A stretch of DNA of 64,000 nt, taken from positions 15,028-79,027 of the forward strand of contig JAFQQT010000027.1 in the NCBI GenBank assembly GCA_017410455.1. The letters are read 5' to 3'. A program made the position numbers and the translations under genes. Every line of letters starts with the position of its first letter. Positions within the stretch are counted from its first letter, which is position 1. Below the pieces are notes generated by a model, which did not search any database, was not told where the DNA came from, and worked only from the letters and a program-made list of their open reading frames with translations. Positions 19,603-28,407 of this stretch are shown piece by piece. Origin of the DNA: Clostridia bacterium. GTDB taxonomy: Bacteria; Bacillota; Clostridia; Christensenellales; Aristaeellaceae.

Positions 19603-19639
19603 CCCCCGCACAGGACGCAAAGAACACCGCCATGCAAAC

Positions 19640-19677
19640 GCCCCCTGATGCAGCACGTCATCGCCGCATCAGGGGGC
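19640..19677. terminator. hairpin between convergent genes
   Basis: GCCCCCTGATGC..GCATCAGGGGGC 12-bp stem. Confidence 0.5.
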
Positions 19678-19707
19678 ATTCTGTGTTGGGTGATAAGCCG
19701 AGGCAGA

Positions 19708-20277
19708 TCACAGCAGGCCGCTGGCCATGTCGCGGTGCAGGTCCTCCATCGTGCGCATGCTGCGCTCACGGGTGGCGTCGTAGGTCTGCCAGTGGACGGC
19801 GGCCTCATCGTACCAGCTGATGGGCTGGCGCTCCCAGGCGGGATAGCCGATCTCCAGGATGCACACGGGCCGCACGTCCTCCGGGATGCCGAAGGCCTCG
19901 CTCAGGCGCGCCGCGTCAAAGCCGCCGATGCACACCGACGCCAGCCCCAGCTCGACGCACTCCAGCATGATGTTCTCAGCGCAGGCGCCGATATCAAAGA
20001 GCCAGCCCTCGCCCTTCCAGGGGATGTGGCGGGCCGTGCCACAGACGATGATGGCCAGGGGCGCGTTGTACCGGCCCAGCTTCGCGCAGTCCCGCAGCGC
20101 AGCCAGCCGCTCCCCGTCATCCACGACGATGAAGGTCCACGGCTGCAGATTGCAGGCCGAAGGCGCGGCCATTCCCGCCTCCAGCAGCGTGCGGACGTCC
20201 TCGCGGGACACCTTCTGTTCGGCAAAGCTGCGGATGCTCCTCCTGGCAAGGATGGTGTTGTAAACTTCCCGGTTCAT
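19708..20277 (-). CDS. nitroreductase-family protein
   Basis: Trimmed to MNREVYNTILARRSIRSF. ACNLQPW motif. Confidence 0.85.
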   Translation of the reverse strand: MNREVYNTILARRSIRSFAEQKVSREDVRTLLEAGMAAPSACNLQPWTFIVVDDGERLAALRDCAKLGRYNAPLAIIVCGTARHIPWKGEGWLFDIGACAENIMLECVELGLASVCIGGFDAARLSEAFGIPEDVRPVCILEIGYPAWERQPISWYDEAAVHWQTYDATRERSMRTMEDLHRDMASGLL

Positions 20278-20323
20278 GGTTCTTCTCCCTTCTGTGTTCG
20301 CCTGTGGCGTTCCGGCCGCGCGG

Positions 20324-21478
20324 TCAGTACCGCATGCTCCTGAGATCCGCCACGATGGGCGGCAGACGCTCCAGCACCGCATCGATATCCGCGTCGGTGG
20401 TGTCGGTTCCCAGGGTCAGGCGGAGCGAGCCCTGGGCCTGGGCTTCGGTGAGGCCGAGAGCCATCAGCACATGGCTGGGATCCAGCGCCCCGGAGGTGCA
20501 TGCCGAACCCGAGGAGGCGGCGATCCCCGCCAGATCCAGCCGCAGCAGCAGCGCCTCCCCCTCCACGCCCGCGAAGGACAGGTTCACATTGCCCGGCAGG
20601 CGCTGCGTGGGGTGGCCGTTCAGGCGCACATCACGCACCCGCTCCTGCAGGCCCCGGATGAGCCGATCCCGCAGGCGGGTCATGCGCGCGGCGTTCTCCG
20701 CCTGATGCGCCGTAGCCAGCTCGATGGCCTTGCCCATCCCGACGATGCCCGGCAGGTTCTCCGTGCCTGCACGGAAGCCCCGCTCCTGAGCGCCACCGTG
20801 CAGGAGGCTGGCCAGTTTCACGCCCCGGCGGACGTAGAGCGCGCCCACGCCCTTGGGGCCGTGGAACTTGTGCGCCGAGAGGGTCAGCAGGTCGGCGTTC
20901 ATCGCCTCCGCATCCACCGCGATGGCGCCCAGGGCCTGCACCGCGTCGGTGTGGAAGAGCACGCCCCGTGCCCGGCAGATCGCGCCGATCTCCGCCACGG
21001 GCTGGATGGTTCCGACCTCGTTGTTCGCCGCCATGACGGATACGAGGATCGTGTCCGGCCGCAGCGCGCGCTCCACATCCGCCGGGCTGACCAGGCCATT
21101 TCCGTCCACGGGGAGGTATGTGACCTCAAAGCCCTGCGTTTCCAGCCACTGGCAGGCGTGGAGCACCGCGTGGTGCTCGATGGCCGTGGTGATGATGTGC
21201 CCCGCGCCCCGGGCCAGGGCCACGCCCTTGAGGGCCCAGTTGTCGCCCTCGGTGCCGCCGGAGGTGAAGAGGATCTCCTGCGGGTGCTTCGCGCCCAGGC
21301 CACGCATCACCTGGCGGCGGGCCTGCTCCAGAGCGCGCCTGGCCTCCCGACCGAAGGTATGCACGGAGGATGCGTTGCCGTACACCTGCGTGAAATACGG
21401 CAGCATCGCCTCCAGCACCTGGGGGGCACAGGCGGTGGTGGCGGCGTTGTCAAGGTAGATGCGGGACTGGGCGGGCAT
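20324..21478 (-). CDS. nifS: cysteine desulfurase (NifS/IscS type)
   Basis: PLP-lysine motif [10 protein letters not shown] and catalytic loop SSGSACTSG. Confidence 0.9.
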   Translation of the reverse strand: MPAQSRIYLDNAATTACAPQVLEAMLPYFTQVYGNASSVHTFGREARRALEQARRQVMRGLGAKHPQEILFTSGGTEGDNWALKGVALARGAGHIITTAIEHHAVLHACQWLETQGFEVTYLPVDGNGLVSPADVERALRPDTILVSVMAANNEVGTIQPVAEIGAICRARGVLFHTDAVQALGAIAVDAEAMNADLLTLSAHKFHGPKGVGALYVRRGVKLASLLHGGAQERGFRAGTENLPGIVGMGKAIELATAHQAENAARMTRLRDRLIRGLQERVRDVRLNGHPTQRLPGNVNLSFAGVEGEALLLRLDLAGIAASSGSACTSGALDPSHVLMALGLTEAQAQGSLRLTLGTDTTDADIDAVLERLPPIVADLRSMRY

Positions 21479-21615
21479 GGCGGTCGCTCCTTTGTGCGTT
21501 CGTTCAGCTTATTGTAGCCCGGATGGCGAAGGCTGTCAACGGGGAAGAAATTTTCTGCCGATGCAAAATCCGCCAGCCCTGCCCCGTCTATATGGGTGAA
21601 AGGAGGCAAAGCATC

Positions 21616-22125
21616 ATGCAAAGCGTTCCGGGCCCGGACAAAGCAACCTTCCCGCAGCTGGTGGAAACGTATCAGAAGCCGCTGCTCAACCTGTGCTACA
21701 TGATGCTGCGCGACCGCACGCAGGCGGAGGACGCGGTGCAGGAGGCCTTCCTGAAGGCATTCCGCGCGCTGCCGTCCTTCCGGGGCGAATGCAGCCACAA
21801 GACCTGGCTGACCCGCATTGCCATCAACGTCTGCCGCGACATGCAGCGCAGCAGCTGGTTCACGCGCATGAACCGGTTCGTCACCCCCGAGGATCTGCCC
21901 GACCGTGCGGCGGAGGAGAACCCCGAATCCGCCGAGCTGGCCGACGCCATCATGCGCCTGCCCGCAAAGTTCCGGGAGGTCATCCTCCTGTATTATGACC
22001 AGAACATGACCATGCCGGAGATTGCCGGGGCGCTGGGCATCCATGCGTCCTCGGTGTCCCGGCGGCTGAAGACCGCCTGCGAGAAGCTGCGCAACGCGCT
22101 GGGAGAGGAGGGGCAGCATGGATGA
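21616..22125 (+). CDS. ECF-type RNA polymerase sigma factor
   Basis: Trimmed to MQSVPG (AGGAGG RBS). Region 2 EDAVQEAFLKAF. Region 4 MTMPEIAGALGIHASSVSRRL. Confidence 0.85.
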   Translation: MQSVPGPDKATFPQLVETYQKPLLNLCYMMLRDRTQAEDAVQEAFLKAFRALPSFRGECSHKTWLTRIAINVCRDMQRSSWFTRMNRFVTPEDLPDRAAEENPESAELADAIMRLPAKFREVILLYYDQNMTMPEIAGALGIHASSVSRRLKTACEKLRNALGEEGQHG

Positions 22126-24301
22126 CAACCGCATGCGGGAGCTGGTGCAGCAGGCCGTAGCCCGGCGCTGCGAGCCTCTTGCCCCCGATCCCTTCCTGGC
22201 CGCCCGCGTGCAGCACGCGGCGGAGCAGAAAGGAGAACCAAGAATGAAGAAGAAACTGTCCGCAGGCCTGGTGGTCTGCATTGTGCTGATCGTGATGTCC
22301 CTGACGGCGCTGGCAGCCGTGCTGCTGACGGGCATGGAGATCATCGACCTGACGGCCATCCCCCTGGCACAGGGCAACGATGGCGCAGTGCGCGTCAACC
22401 GGGATTACACCCACGAGGAGCTGATGGCCGTGCTGAACGCCGCCGCCGAAAACGGCATCATCGTGGAGGATGCTTATATCCTGGAGGCCGTTGCCCTTGG
22501 AGAAGGCTATGATGAGGAGGAGACCATCATGGCCATCTGCCGCGTGGCCTTCGGCGGCCTCATCGATGAATGGACGGTGGAGGAGCGCTTCTGGTTCGGC
22601 GAGAAGATGGTGGAGATCGGCTTCGATGACGAGAACCCCTACCGCCTGCCCGGCGAGGGCCAGATCCAGCCGGAGGAGGCCCGTGCGCTGGCCGTGACGC
22701 TGCTGGAAAGCGAATTTGGTTCCCTGCCCCTCATGGACAGCGCCTGCTACCGCACCAAGGAGCGCTTCGATGAGGACGGCTGGAACACCGCGTATTACCC
22801 CCGTAACCTGACCGCCCCGATGTACCGCATCTTCATCTCCCATGACCGCAGCACGGTGGAATCCGCCTGCATCCCTCAAAGCTGGGAGACCTATACGGAA
22901 ACCCAGCTGATGAGCGGCATTGACAACACCTATGGCTACCGCACGGCCACCCAAGCCAGCTGGTCCCCGGAGGCCTGGTACACCTTCGGGCAGATGCTGC
23001 CCGGCGCCCTCCGCTCCGAAGCCTGGAACACCGAATACGACGGCTACCTGGCCAGCACCTACCTGCTGCCCGCCGAGGGCGACATCACCGAAAAGGAAGC
23101 CTGTGCCATCGCTGAGGCAGACGCAGCTCAGGCTGTGCGCCTCACCGCCCATGGCCTGCTGCTGGGCCGGGGAGAGGAGCGCATCTGGAAGGTGACGCTG
23201 CTGATGCTGGACGAAAACAGCGAACGGGTCACCCGCTCCTGGGAGATCGACGCCGCAACCGGCGAAATCCAGCACCGCATGCTGCATGATACCAGCACAC
23301 CGTACTGGGCGCGCTACATGCTGTGGGAGACCTTCGAGGCCGTGAACAGCACCATCTTCACCCGGGAGGCCGCGTTGGCCCTGGCCGTCCCCGTCCTGCA
23401 GGAATACCTGGACGACCCGACCCTCCCCTTTGACGATCCTGCCGTGTACGAGCCCTTCTTCCGCGGCAGTGCCGACGGCACCTACTACACCATCAACCTC
23501 AACCCCACCGCCGCTGCCGGCATGGAGTACGGCCGCTGCGCCGTTCAGGTGCGCAACACCGGCGAGGTGCGCATCCTGTATGCCGAAGGGCGTGGTCTCA
23601 CGCCAGACAACCTGCTCTCCCGCATGGACGATGCTTACGGCTCCTCCCTCCGCTGGGATCAATCCGTGTGGGTGGAGTTCGACCGGCTGATGGCAGGCCT
23701 CGGGGAGCCCGCGACCTTCGAGGGAAGGCTCCTGGCCGCCACCCGCCATCCCCAGGCCAGCGAGGTGAAGCTGTCCCTGGATGACGCGCTGGACGTGGTC
23801 GCCCTCGACCTGGGCACCCGTTCTGAGGATGCCGTCTCCTGGGTGCTCATCGACACGGAGCCCAACCCCGTCTGGAAGATCCGCATGGGCACCTACCCCG
23901 CCAACACCCTGTACGAGGTGGACGCCATGACCGGCGAGATCCTTGACCGGGAGCTGTACGTCTGCCAGAACCCCGACTTCGACCACGACATGAAGATGTT
24001 CACCCTGCGCAGCGTTTACATGCCCGCGGCCCTGGCGGAGTTCGGCCCGGTGCGCATCGCCATGGAGCTGACCGTCAAGAGCGATTTCGACGCCTTCTCC
24101 TACGACGAAACCGTGTTCATGAACGAGAACTGCTACCAGGTGACCGTAGACGGCATGACCGTGACCTTCACCTCCATCGACGAAAACCTGCCCTCCTACC
24201 GCACCACCATCCTGGATAACGGCATGGACGCGGAGATCGAGGTTTTCGACATCCCCGAACCCCGGCCTGAGAGCGAAGGCTCTCCCTACGGCAACGGCTG
24301 A
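22118..24301 (+). CDS. putative anti-sigma factor with a large extracytoplasmic domain (PepSY-like repeats)
   Basis: Overlaps the sigma gene stop. Single TM segment LVVCIVLIVMSLTALAAVLL. Repeated W.ID..TGEI / EVDAMTGEI motifs. Confidence 0.6.
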   Translation: MDDNRMRELVQQAVARRCEPLAPDPFLAARVQHAAEQKGEPRMKKKLSAGLVVCIVLIVMSLTALAAVLLTGMEIIDLTAIPLAQGNDGAVRVNRDYTHEELMAVLNAAAENGIIVEDAYILEAVALGEGYDEEETIMAICRVAFGGLIDEWTVEERFWFGEKMVEIGFDDENPYRLPGEGQIQPEEARALAVTLLESEFGSLPLMDSACYRTKERFDEDGWNTAYYPRNLTAPMYRIFISHDRSTVESACIPQSWETYTETQLMSGIDNTYGYRTATQASWSPEAWYTFGQMLPGALRSEAWNTEYDGYLASTYLLPAEGDITEKEACAIAEADAAQAVRLTAHGLLLGRGEERIWKVTLLMLDENSERVTRSWEIDAATGEIQHRMLHDTSTPYWARYMLWETFEAVNSTIFTREAALALAVPVLQEYLDDPTLPFDDPAVYEPFFRGSADGTYYTINLNPTAAAGMEYGRCAVQVRNTGEVRILYAEGRGLTPDNLLSRMDDAYGSSLRWDQSVWVEFDRLMAGLGEPATFEGRLLAATRHPQASEVKLSLDDALDVVALDLGTRSEDAVSWVLIDTEPNPVWKIRMGTYPANTLYEVDAMTGEILDRELYVCQNPDFDHDMKMFTLRSVYMPAALAEFGPVRIAMELTVKSDFDAFSYDETVFMNENCYQVTVDGMTVTFTSIDENLPSYRTTILDNGMDAEIEVFDIPEPRPESEGSPYGNG

Positions 24302-24424
24302 GAATCCCTGCGGAGCTGCCTCCGGGCGGCTCCGCCTTTTTCCATTTCCGGCAGGGATTGCGCCGCACCGCGTCGAATGGTGGAGGAAAACAGCAGGGGG
24401 GGCATCCCCCAAGGAGGCAAACCC

Positions 24425-25030
24425 ATGACCGATCTGATCACCACCACCGCCGAAGCCCTTCGGCAGCACGGCTTTCTCGTCCACTGCGCCCCGACCCGTG
24501 AGGAGGCCGTCCGCTGCGTCCTCAGCCTCATCGACGAAGGCGCAACTGTCGGCGTGGGCGGCAGCATGACCATCCGCGAGCTGGGGCTGGCTGAAGCCCT
24601 GCAGTCCGCCGGCCATGCCGTCCACTGGCACTGGCTCCCCGAAGGCCCCGCAGCCTTCGCCCCGGCGCGGGAGGCGGACGTCTACCTCGCCTCCGCCAAC
24701 GCCATCACCACCGAAGGCCTGATCGTCAACATCGACGGCACGGGCAACCGCGTTGCCGCCATGATCCACGGACCGAAGGCGGTCATCGCCATCGCGGGCG
24801 TGAACAAGCTGGTGGAGGGCGGCGTCGCTCAGGCCATCGCCCGCATCAAGCGCGAGGCCTGCCCCGCCAACGCAAAGCGCCTCGGCCTGACCACCCCCTG
24901 CGGCCTGACCGGCCGCTGCAACGCGCTGGAATGCGAGCGCGGCATGTGCAACGTCATCACCATCCAGGAGCACCCCACCGGCAAGCGCCCCTATCATGTG
25001 GTGCTGGTCAATGAGGCCCTGGGCTATTGA
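24425..25030 (+). CDS. LUD-domain (lactate-utilisation YkgG-like) protein
   Basis: Trimmed to MTDLITTTAE (AAGGAGG RBS). GVGGSMTIRELGL and a C-terminal Cys-rich part. Confidence 0.7.
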   Translation: MTDLITTTAEALRQHGFLVHCAPTREEAVRCVLSLIDEGATVGVGGSMTIRELGLAEALQSAGHAVHWHWLPEGPAAFAPAREADVYLASANAITTEGLIVNIDGTGNRVAAMIHGPKAVIAIAGVNKLVEGGVAQAIARIKREACPANAKRLGLTTPCGLTGRCNALECERGMCNVITIQEHPTGKRPYHVVLVNEALGY

Positions 25031-25042
25031 GGAGGGATCCCG

Positions 25043-25918
25043 ATGGGTGCATGGAGCGTTTCCATTACCGGCAATGACACAGCGCGTGACCTGCTCACCG
25101 AGTATTCCGCCGCCTTCAGCCGCTACGCCCCCGCAGAGGCCGTCGCCCTGCTGGACGCTTATGTCCGCCGGGATTTCCGCGCCGGCCCCGGCGACGAGGA
25201 CTGGGTGGACTACCGCTACTCGCTGGCGCAGTTCATGTGGAAGAAGGGCGTGCTGACCGATGCAGTCCGGGACGAGGTCATCGCCATGATCGACCGGGGC
25301 GAATGCCTCGACCTCTACGAGGACGCCGCCACCCTGCGCAAGCGGCAGAAGGTGCTGGCGGAGTTCCGGGCGCAGCTGCTCTCCCCGCAGCCGCCGCGCA
25401 AGCCCATCCGCGTCAGCCGCGCGCAGATGACCCTGCCCTACGAAGTGGGCGACGTGATCGCCATGCGCCTGCACACGGCCGCATGCCGCACCGAGTACCA
25501 CCGCCCCCGCCTGTCCGCAGAGGCCTTCCGCCAGCTGGACGGCCAGTGGTTCGTCTGGCAAATGGTGAAGGCGCATGTGTCCTGGCGTTCCGCCGTTGTG
25601 CCGGAAGTGTTCGACGTGTGGCCGTATTACCGGATGTACGCCGCCGTCTTCCCGGAGGTCCCCACCCTGGCGCAGCTGGCGGACGTGCCCTTCGTGCGCT
25701 ACAGCGACGTATGGCACCCCACCGTCCGCACGGCGCTGATCACCGGCAACAACACCCACACGGGCTACCGCAGGCGCGAGGCGCAGCTGATCGGGCGCGT
25801 CGATGTGACGCTGCCCCGGGGCGAGGCATACAACGAAACGATGATCCTCCCCGCCTGCCTGCCCCCGACCTTCGAGACCGACGCGGAGATCGCCTGCCTG
25901 CTCTACGGGCGGCAGTGA
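25043..25918 (+). CDS. hypothetical protein, DUF4259-like N-terminus
   Basis: MGAWSVSITGNDTARDLL resembles the MGAWG..FDND.A.D start of DUF4259 as I remember it. Confidence 0.45.
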   Translation: MGAWSVSITGNDTARDLLTEYSAAFSRYAPAEAVALLDAYVRRDFRAGPGDEDWVDYRYSLAQFMWKKGVLTDAVRDEVIAMIDRGECLDLYEDAATLRKRQKVLAEFRAQLLSPQPPRKPIRVSRAQMTLPYEVGDVIAMRLHTAACRTEYHRPRLSAEAFRQLDGQWFVWQMVKAHVSWRSAVVPEVFDVWPYYRMYAAVFPEVPTLAQLADVPFVRYSDVWHPTVRTALITGNNTHTGYRRREAQLIGRVDVTLPRGEAYNETMILPACLPPTFETDAEIACLLYGRQ

Positions 25919-25929
25919 ACGGCGGACAG

Positions 25930-26562
25930 GCCCGGAACGGTTGCAGGGGCGGATATCAGCCGCCCGCATCACCGCTGTTCCGGATGGCCGCAAAGGCTCG
26001 CGCCACATCGCACAATCCCTTCCCGCCACGCCCACCTCATCACCGCCTGCGGGCGGAGCTTCCCCTCAAGGGGAAGCCGGGGATGCCCGGGCGGGCGCGT
26101 TCCTTTGCGGGTTGCGCGTTGGTGCGGCATGCGGGAGAGGCAAACCCTCCCCTACGGCATGGGGGAGCGAAACAGAACGGAGCGTCCGTAGGGACGGCTA
26201 TCAGCCGCCCGCCTCGCGCCTGCCCCGGATTGCCGCAAGGGCGCATACCGCCTCACACCCCATGCGCCCGCTTGCCGCTGTTCCGGATGGCCGCAAAGAT
26301 ACGCACCGCCTCACGCACCGTCAGACCGCTGCAGCGCCCCGCCGCCGCATGACACCTCATCACCGCCTGCGGGCGGAGCTTCCCCTCAAGGGGAAGCCGG
26401 GGATGCTCGGGCGGGCGCGTTCCTTTGCGGGTTGCGCGTTGGTGCGGCATGCGGGAGAGGCAAGCCCCTCCCCTACGGCACAGGGGGACGGATCAAGCCG
26501 GACGCCCGCGCTCCCCATCAGCCCCCGCCATCCAAATTCATAATTCCTAATTCATAATTCCC
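25930..26562 (-). repeat. composite intergenic repeat, two tandem ~300-320 bp units ending in the AT-rich module
   Basis: C/D module at 26033-26140 and 26353-26460. CTGTTCCGGATGGCCGCAAAG appears twice. CTATCAG hairpins. AT module at 26532-26562. Confidence 0.85.
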
Positions 26563-26575
26563 GCTTCCTCCCACG

Positions 26576-26606
26576 CAAAAGGGCCTCTCCACCTTCGGAG
26601 AGACCC
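26576..26606 (-). terminator. rho-independent terminator of the 26612 gene
   Basis: Minus-sense GGGTCTCTCC-GAAGGT-GGAGAGGCCC followed by TTTT. Confidence 0.65.
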
Positions 26607-26611
26607 TTATT

Positions 26612-27151
26612 TCAGTCCGGCAGCGCCTCCAGCAGCTGCAGGCTGCGGATGTGCCATCGGCCATTTTCCTTGACCATCTGCACCTGATAGCGGGCGCTGA
26701 CCCACCCCGGGGGGTAGATCGCGTCGTCGCCATAGACGGCGATGTACTCCTCCGCCTTGGCGCCCTTGATGCGCCCGTCAATGCGGGGGATGCGCTCGAC
26801 GATGATGACCCTGGCCGTGGTGTCCCAGGGCCAGACCCAGGTGAAGCCCATTTCCAGCCGGTGGTCGATGCCGCGGACGTTGTAGTCCCGGTAGGGCGAG
26901 AGGCCGTTCAGGGTGTCCTGCACCGCCTGATCGCGGGAGAGGAAGCTCGCCTGGAAAAACTTGCTCAGCTCGCTCACGTCCTCCTGCATCATCACCACCT
27001 GCGCGCGGCGGGCCATGCCGTCCTTGAGCACGACGTACATGTTGGTCATGTTCATCGCGTAGTAGAAGCTGACGACCATCATGCCCAGCACGATCGTCGC
27101 AATCAGCAGCCGGGTCGCGATGTGCCAGATGAGCCGGCGGATGTATTTCAT
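26612..27151 (-). CDS. hypothetical membrane-anchored protein
   Basis: Start chosen at MKYIRRL, 9 nt after AAGGAGG. One TM helix. No recognised domain. Confidence 0.5.
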   Translation of the reverse strand: MKYIRRLIWHIATRLLIATIVLGMMVVSFYYAMNMTNMYVVLKDGMARRAQVVMMQEDVSELSKFFQASFLSRDQAVQDTLNGLSPYRDYNVRGIDHRLEMGFTWVWPWDTTARVIIVERIPRIDGRIKGAKAEEYIAVYGDDAIYPPGWVSARYQVQMVKENGRWHIRSLQLLEALPD

Positions 27152-27211
27152 GCCCATCGTCCTCCTTTCCCGCATTGTCGGTCAGAGATACAACGCCGCA
27201 GCGGGCGCTTT

Positions 27212-27808
27212 TCATGCATCGGCGGCGCAGTTTTCCAGTTCGGAAAGCATCCAGGCTTCCGTGGCTGCCATGGCGCGGATGGTCCTCTCCAGCAGCGTAT
27301 CGAGCTCCCATCCCAGCATCTCTGCGCCCTGGCGGATGGTGTCGCGGCTGCAGCCAGCGGCGAACTTCTTGTCCTTGAACTTCTTCTTGAGGGAGGACAG
27401 CTCCATGTCCGTGGTGGACTTCGAGGGCCGCATCCTTGCCGCCGCGCCGATGAGGCCGGTCAGCTCGTCCGCCGCGAAGAGCACCTTCTCCATCTCGTGC
27501 TCGGGCGCCACCTCGCTGCAGATGCCCCAGGCATGGCTGCACACCGCATGGATCAGCTCGGCGGACGCACCCAGCTGCTCCAGCAGGGGGATGCAGGCCG
27601 TGCAGTGCTCATCGGGCCACATCTCGAAGTCGATGTCGTGCAGCAGGCCCACGGTGGCCCAGAAGTCTGCGTCCGCGCCGTAGCCCAGTTCATTGGCGTA
27701 CCAGCGCATCACGCCCTCCACGGTCAGCGCGTGCTGGAGGTGGAAGGGCTCCCTGTTGTATTGCTTGAGGCCAGCCAGGGCGGCCTCGCGGGTGATGTTG
27801 GCGGTCAT
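27212..27808 (-). CDS. HD-domain phosphohydrolase
   Basis: TVGLLHDIDFEMWPDEH motif. Confidence 0.7.
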   Translation of the reverse strand: MTANITREAALAGLKQYNREPFHLQHALTVEGVMRWYANELGYGADADFWATVGLLHDIDFEMWPDEHCTACIPLLEQLGASAELIHAVCSHAWGICSEVAPEHEMEKVLFAADELTGLIGAAARMRPSKSTTDMELSSLKKKFKDKKFAAGCSRDTIRQGAEMLGWELDTLLERTIRAMAATEAWMLSELENCAADA

Positions 27809-27829
27809 GGTGATTCATCCTTTCGTGGT

Positions 27830-28407
27830 ATGTTGTCGTGCCCGCAGGCGGGAGCCTTTGGCATGTGGTGCCGGGGATTTCTCCGGAAATCCGGTTCAGT
27901 CCGGAGGGCGAAAAGCCGCCCTCTCCGGGGGAGGTTCGTTCCTTTGCGAGGTGTGCGTTGGTGCGGCATGGGGCGGAGCGAACCGGAACGGAGCGTCCGC
28001 AGGGGCGGCTATCAGCCGCCCGACACGCGTCTACCCCGGATTGCTGCAAAGGCGTACACCGCCTCACACCCCACGCGCCCGCTTGCCGGCTGTTCCGGAT
28101 GGGCACAGAGGCATGCACAGCCTCACACATTTCTCTTCCCCCGCAAGACACCTCATCACCGCCTGCGGGCGGAGCTTCCCCTCAAGGGGAAGCCGGGGGA
28201 GATGCCGGGGCGGGGGCGTTCCTTTGCAGGTTGTGCGTTGGTGCGGCATGGGGGCGGAGCGAACCGGAACGGAGCATCCGCAGGGGCAGCTATCAGCCGC
28301 CCGCCTCGCTGCTGCCCCGGATTGCTGCAAAGGCTTGCGCAGCGGGCTGCCCACCCCCGTCCCCACCAGCTAAATTCCGAATTCATAATTCATAATTCAT
28401 AATTCCC
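27830..28407 (-). repeat. composite intergenic repeat, two tandem ~282 bp units ending in the AT-rich module
   Basis: D module at 27937-27974 and C/D module at 28149-28254. GGCGGCTATCAGCCGCC hairpins near 28003 and 28285. AT module at 28371-28407 abuts the NYN gene stop. Confidence 0.85.

Noticed and set aside
25941-26543. ORFs inside the composite repeats that repeatedly encode PHHRLRAELPLKGKPG (also 16274..16663, 27693..28373, 27838..28395, 40475..41068, 40572..40832)
   Set aside because: The recurring peptide simply reflects the conserved C module. There are no RBSs, the flanking frames differ between copies, and the DNA is dominated by hairpins. I treat it as non-coding repeat sequence.
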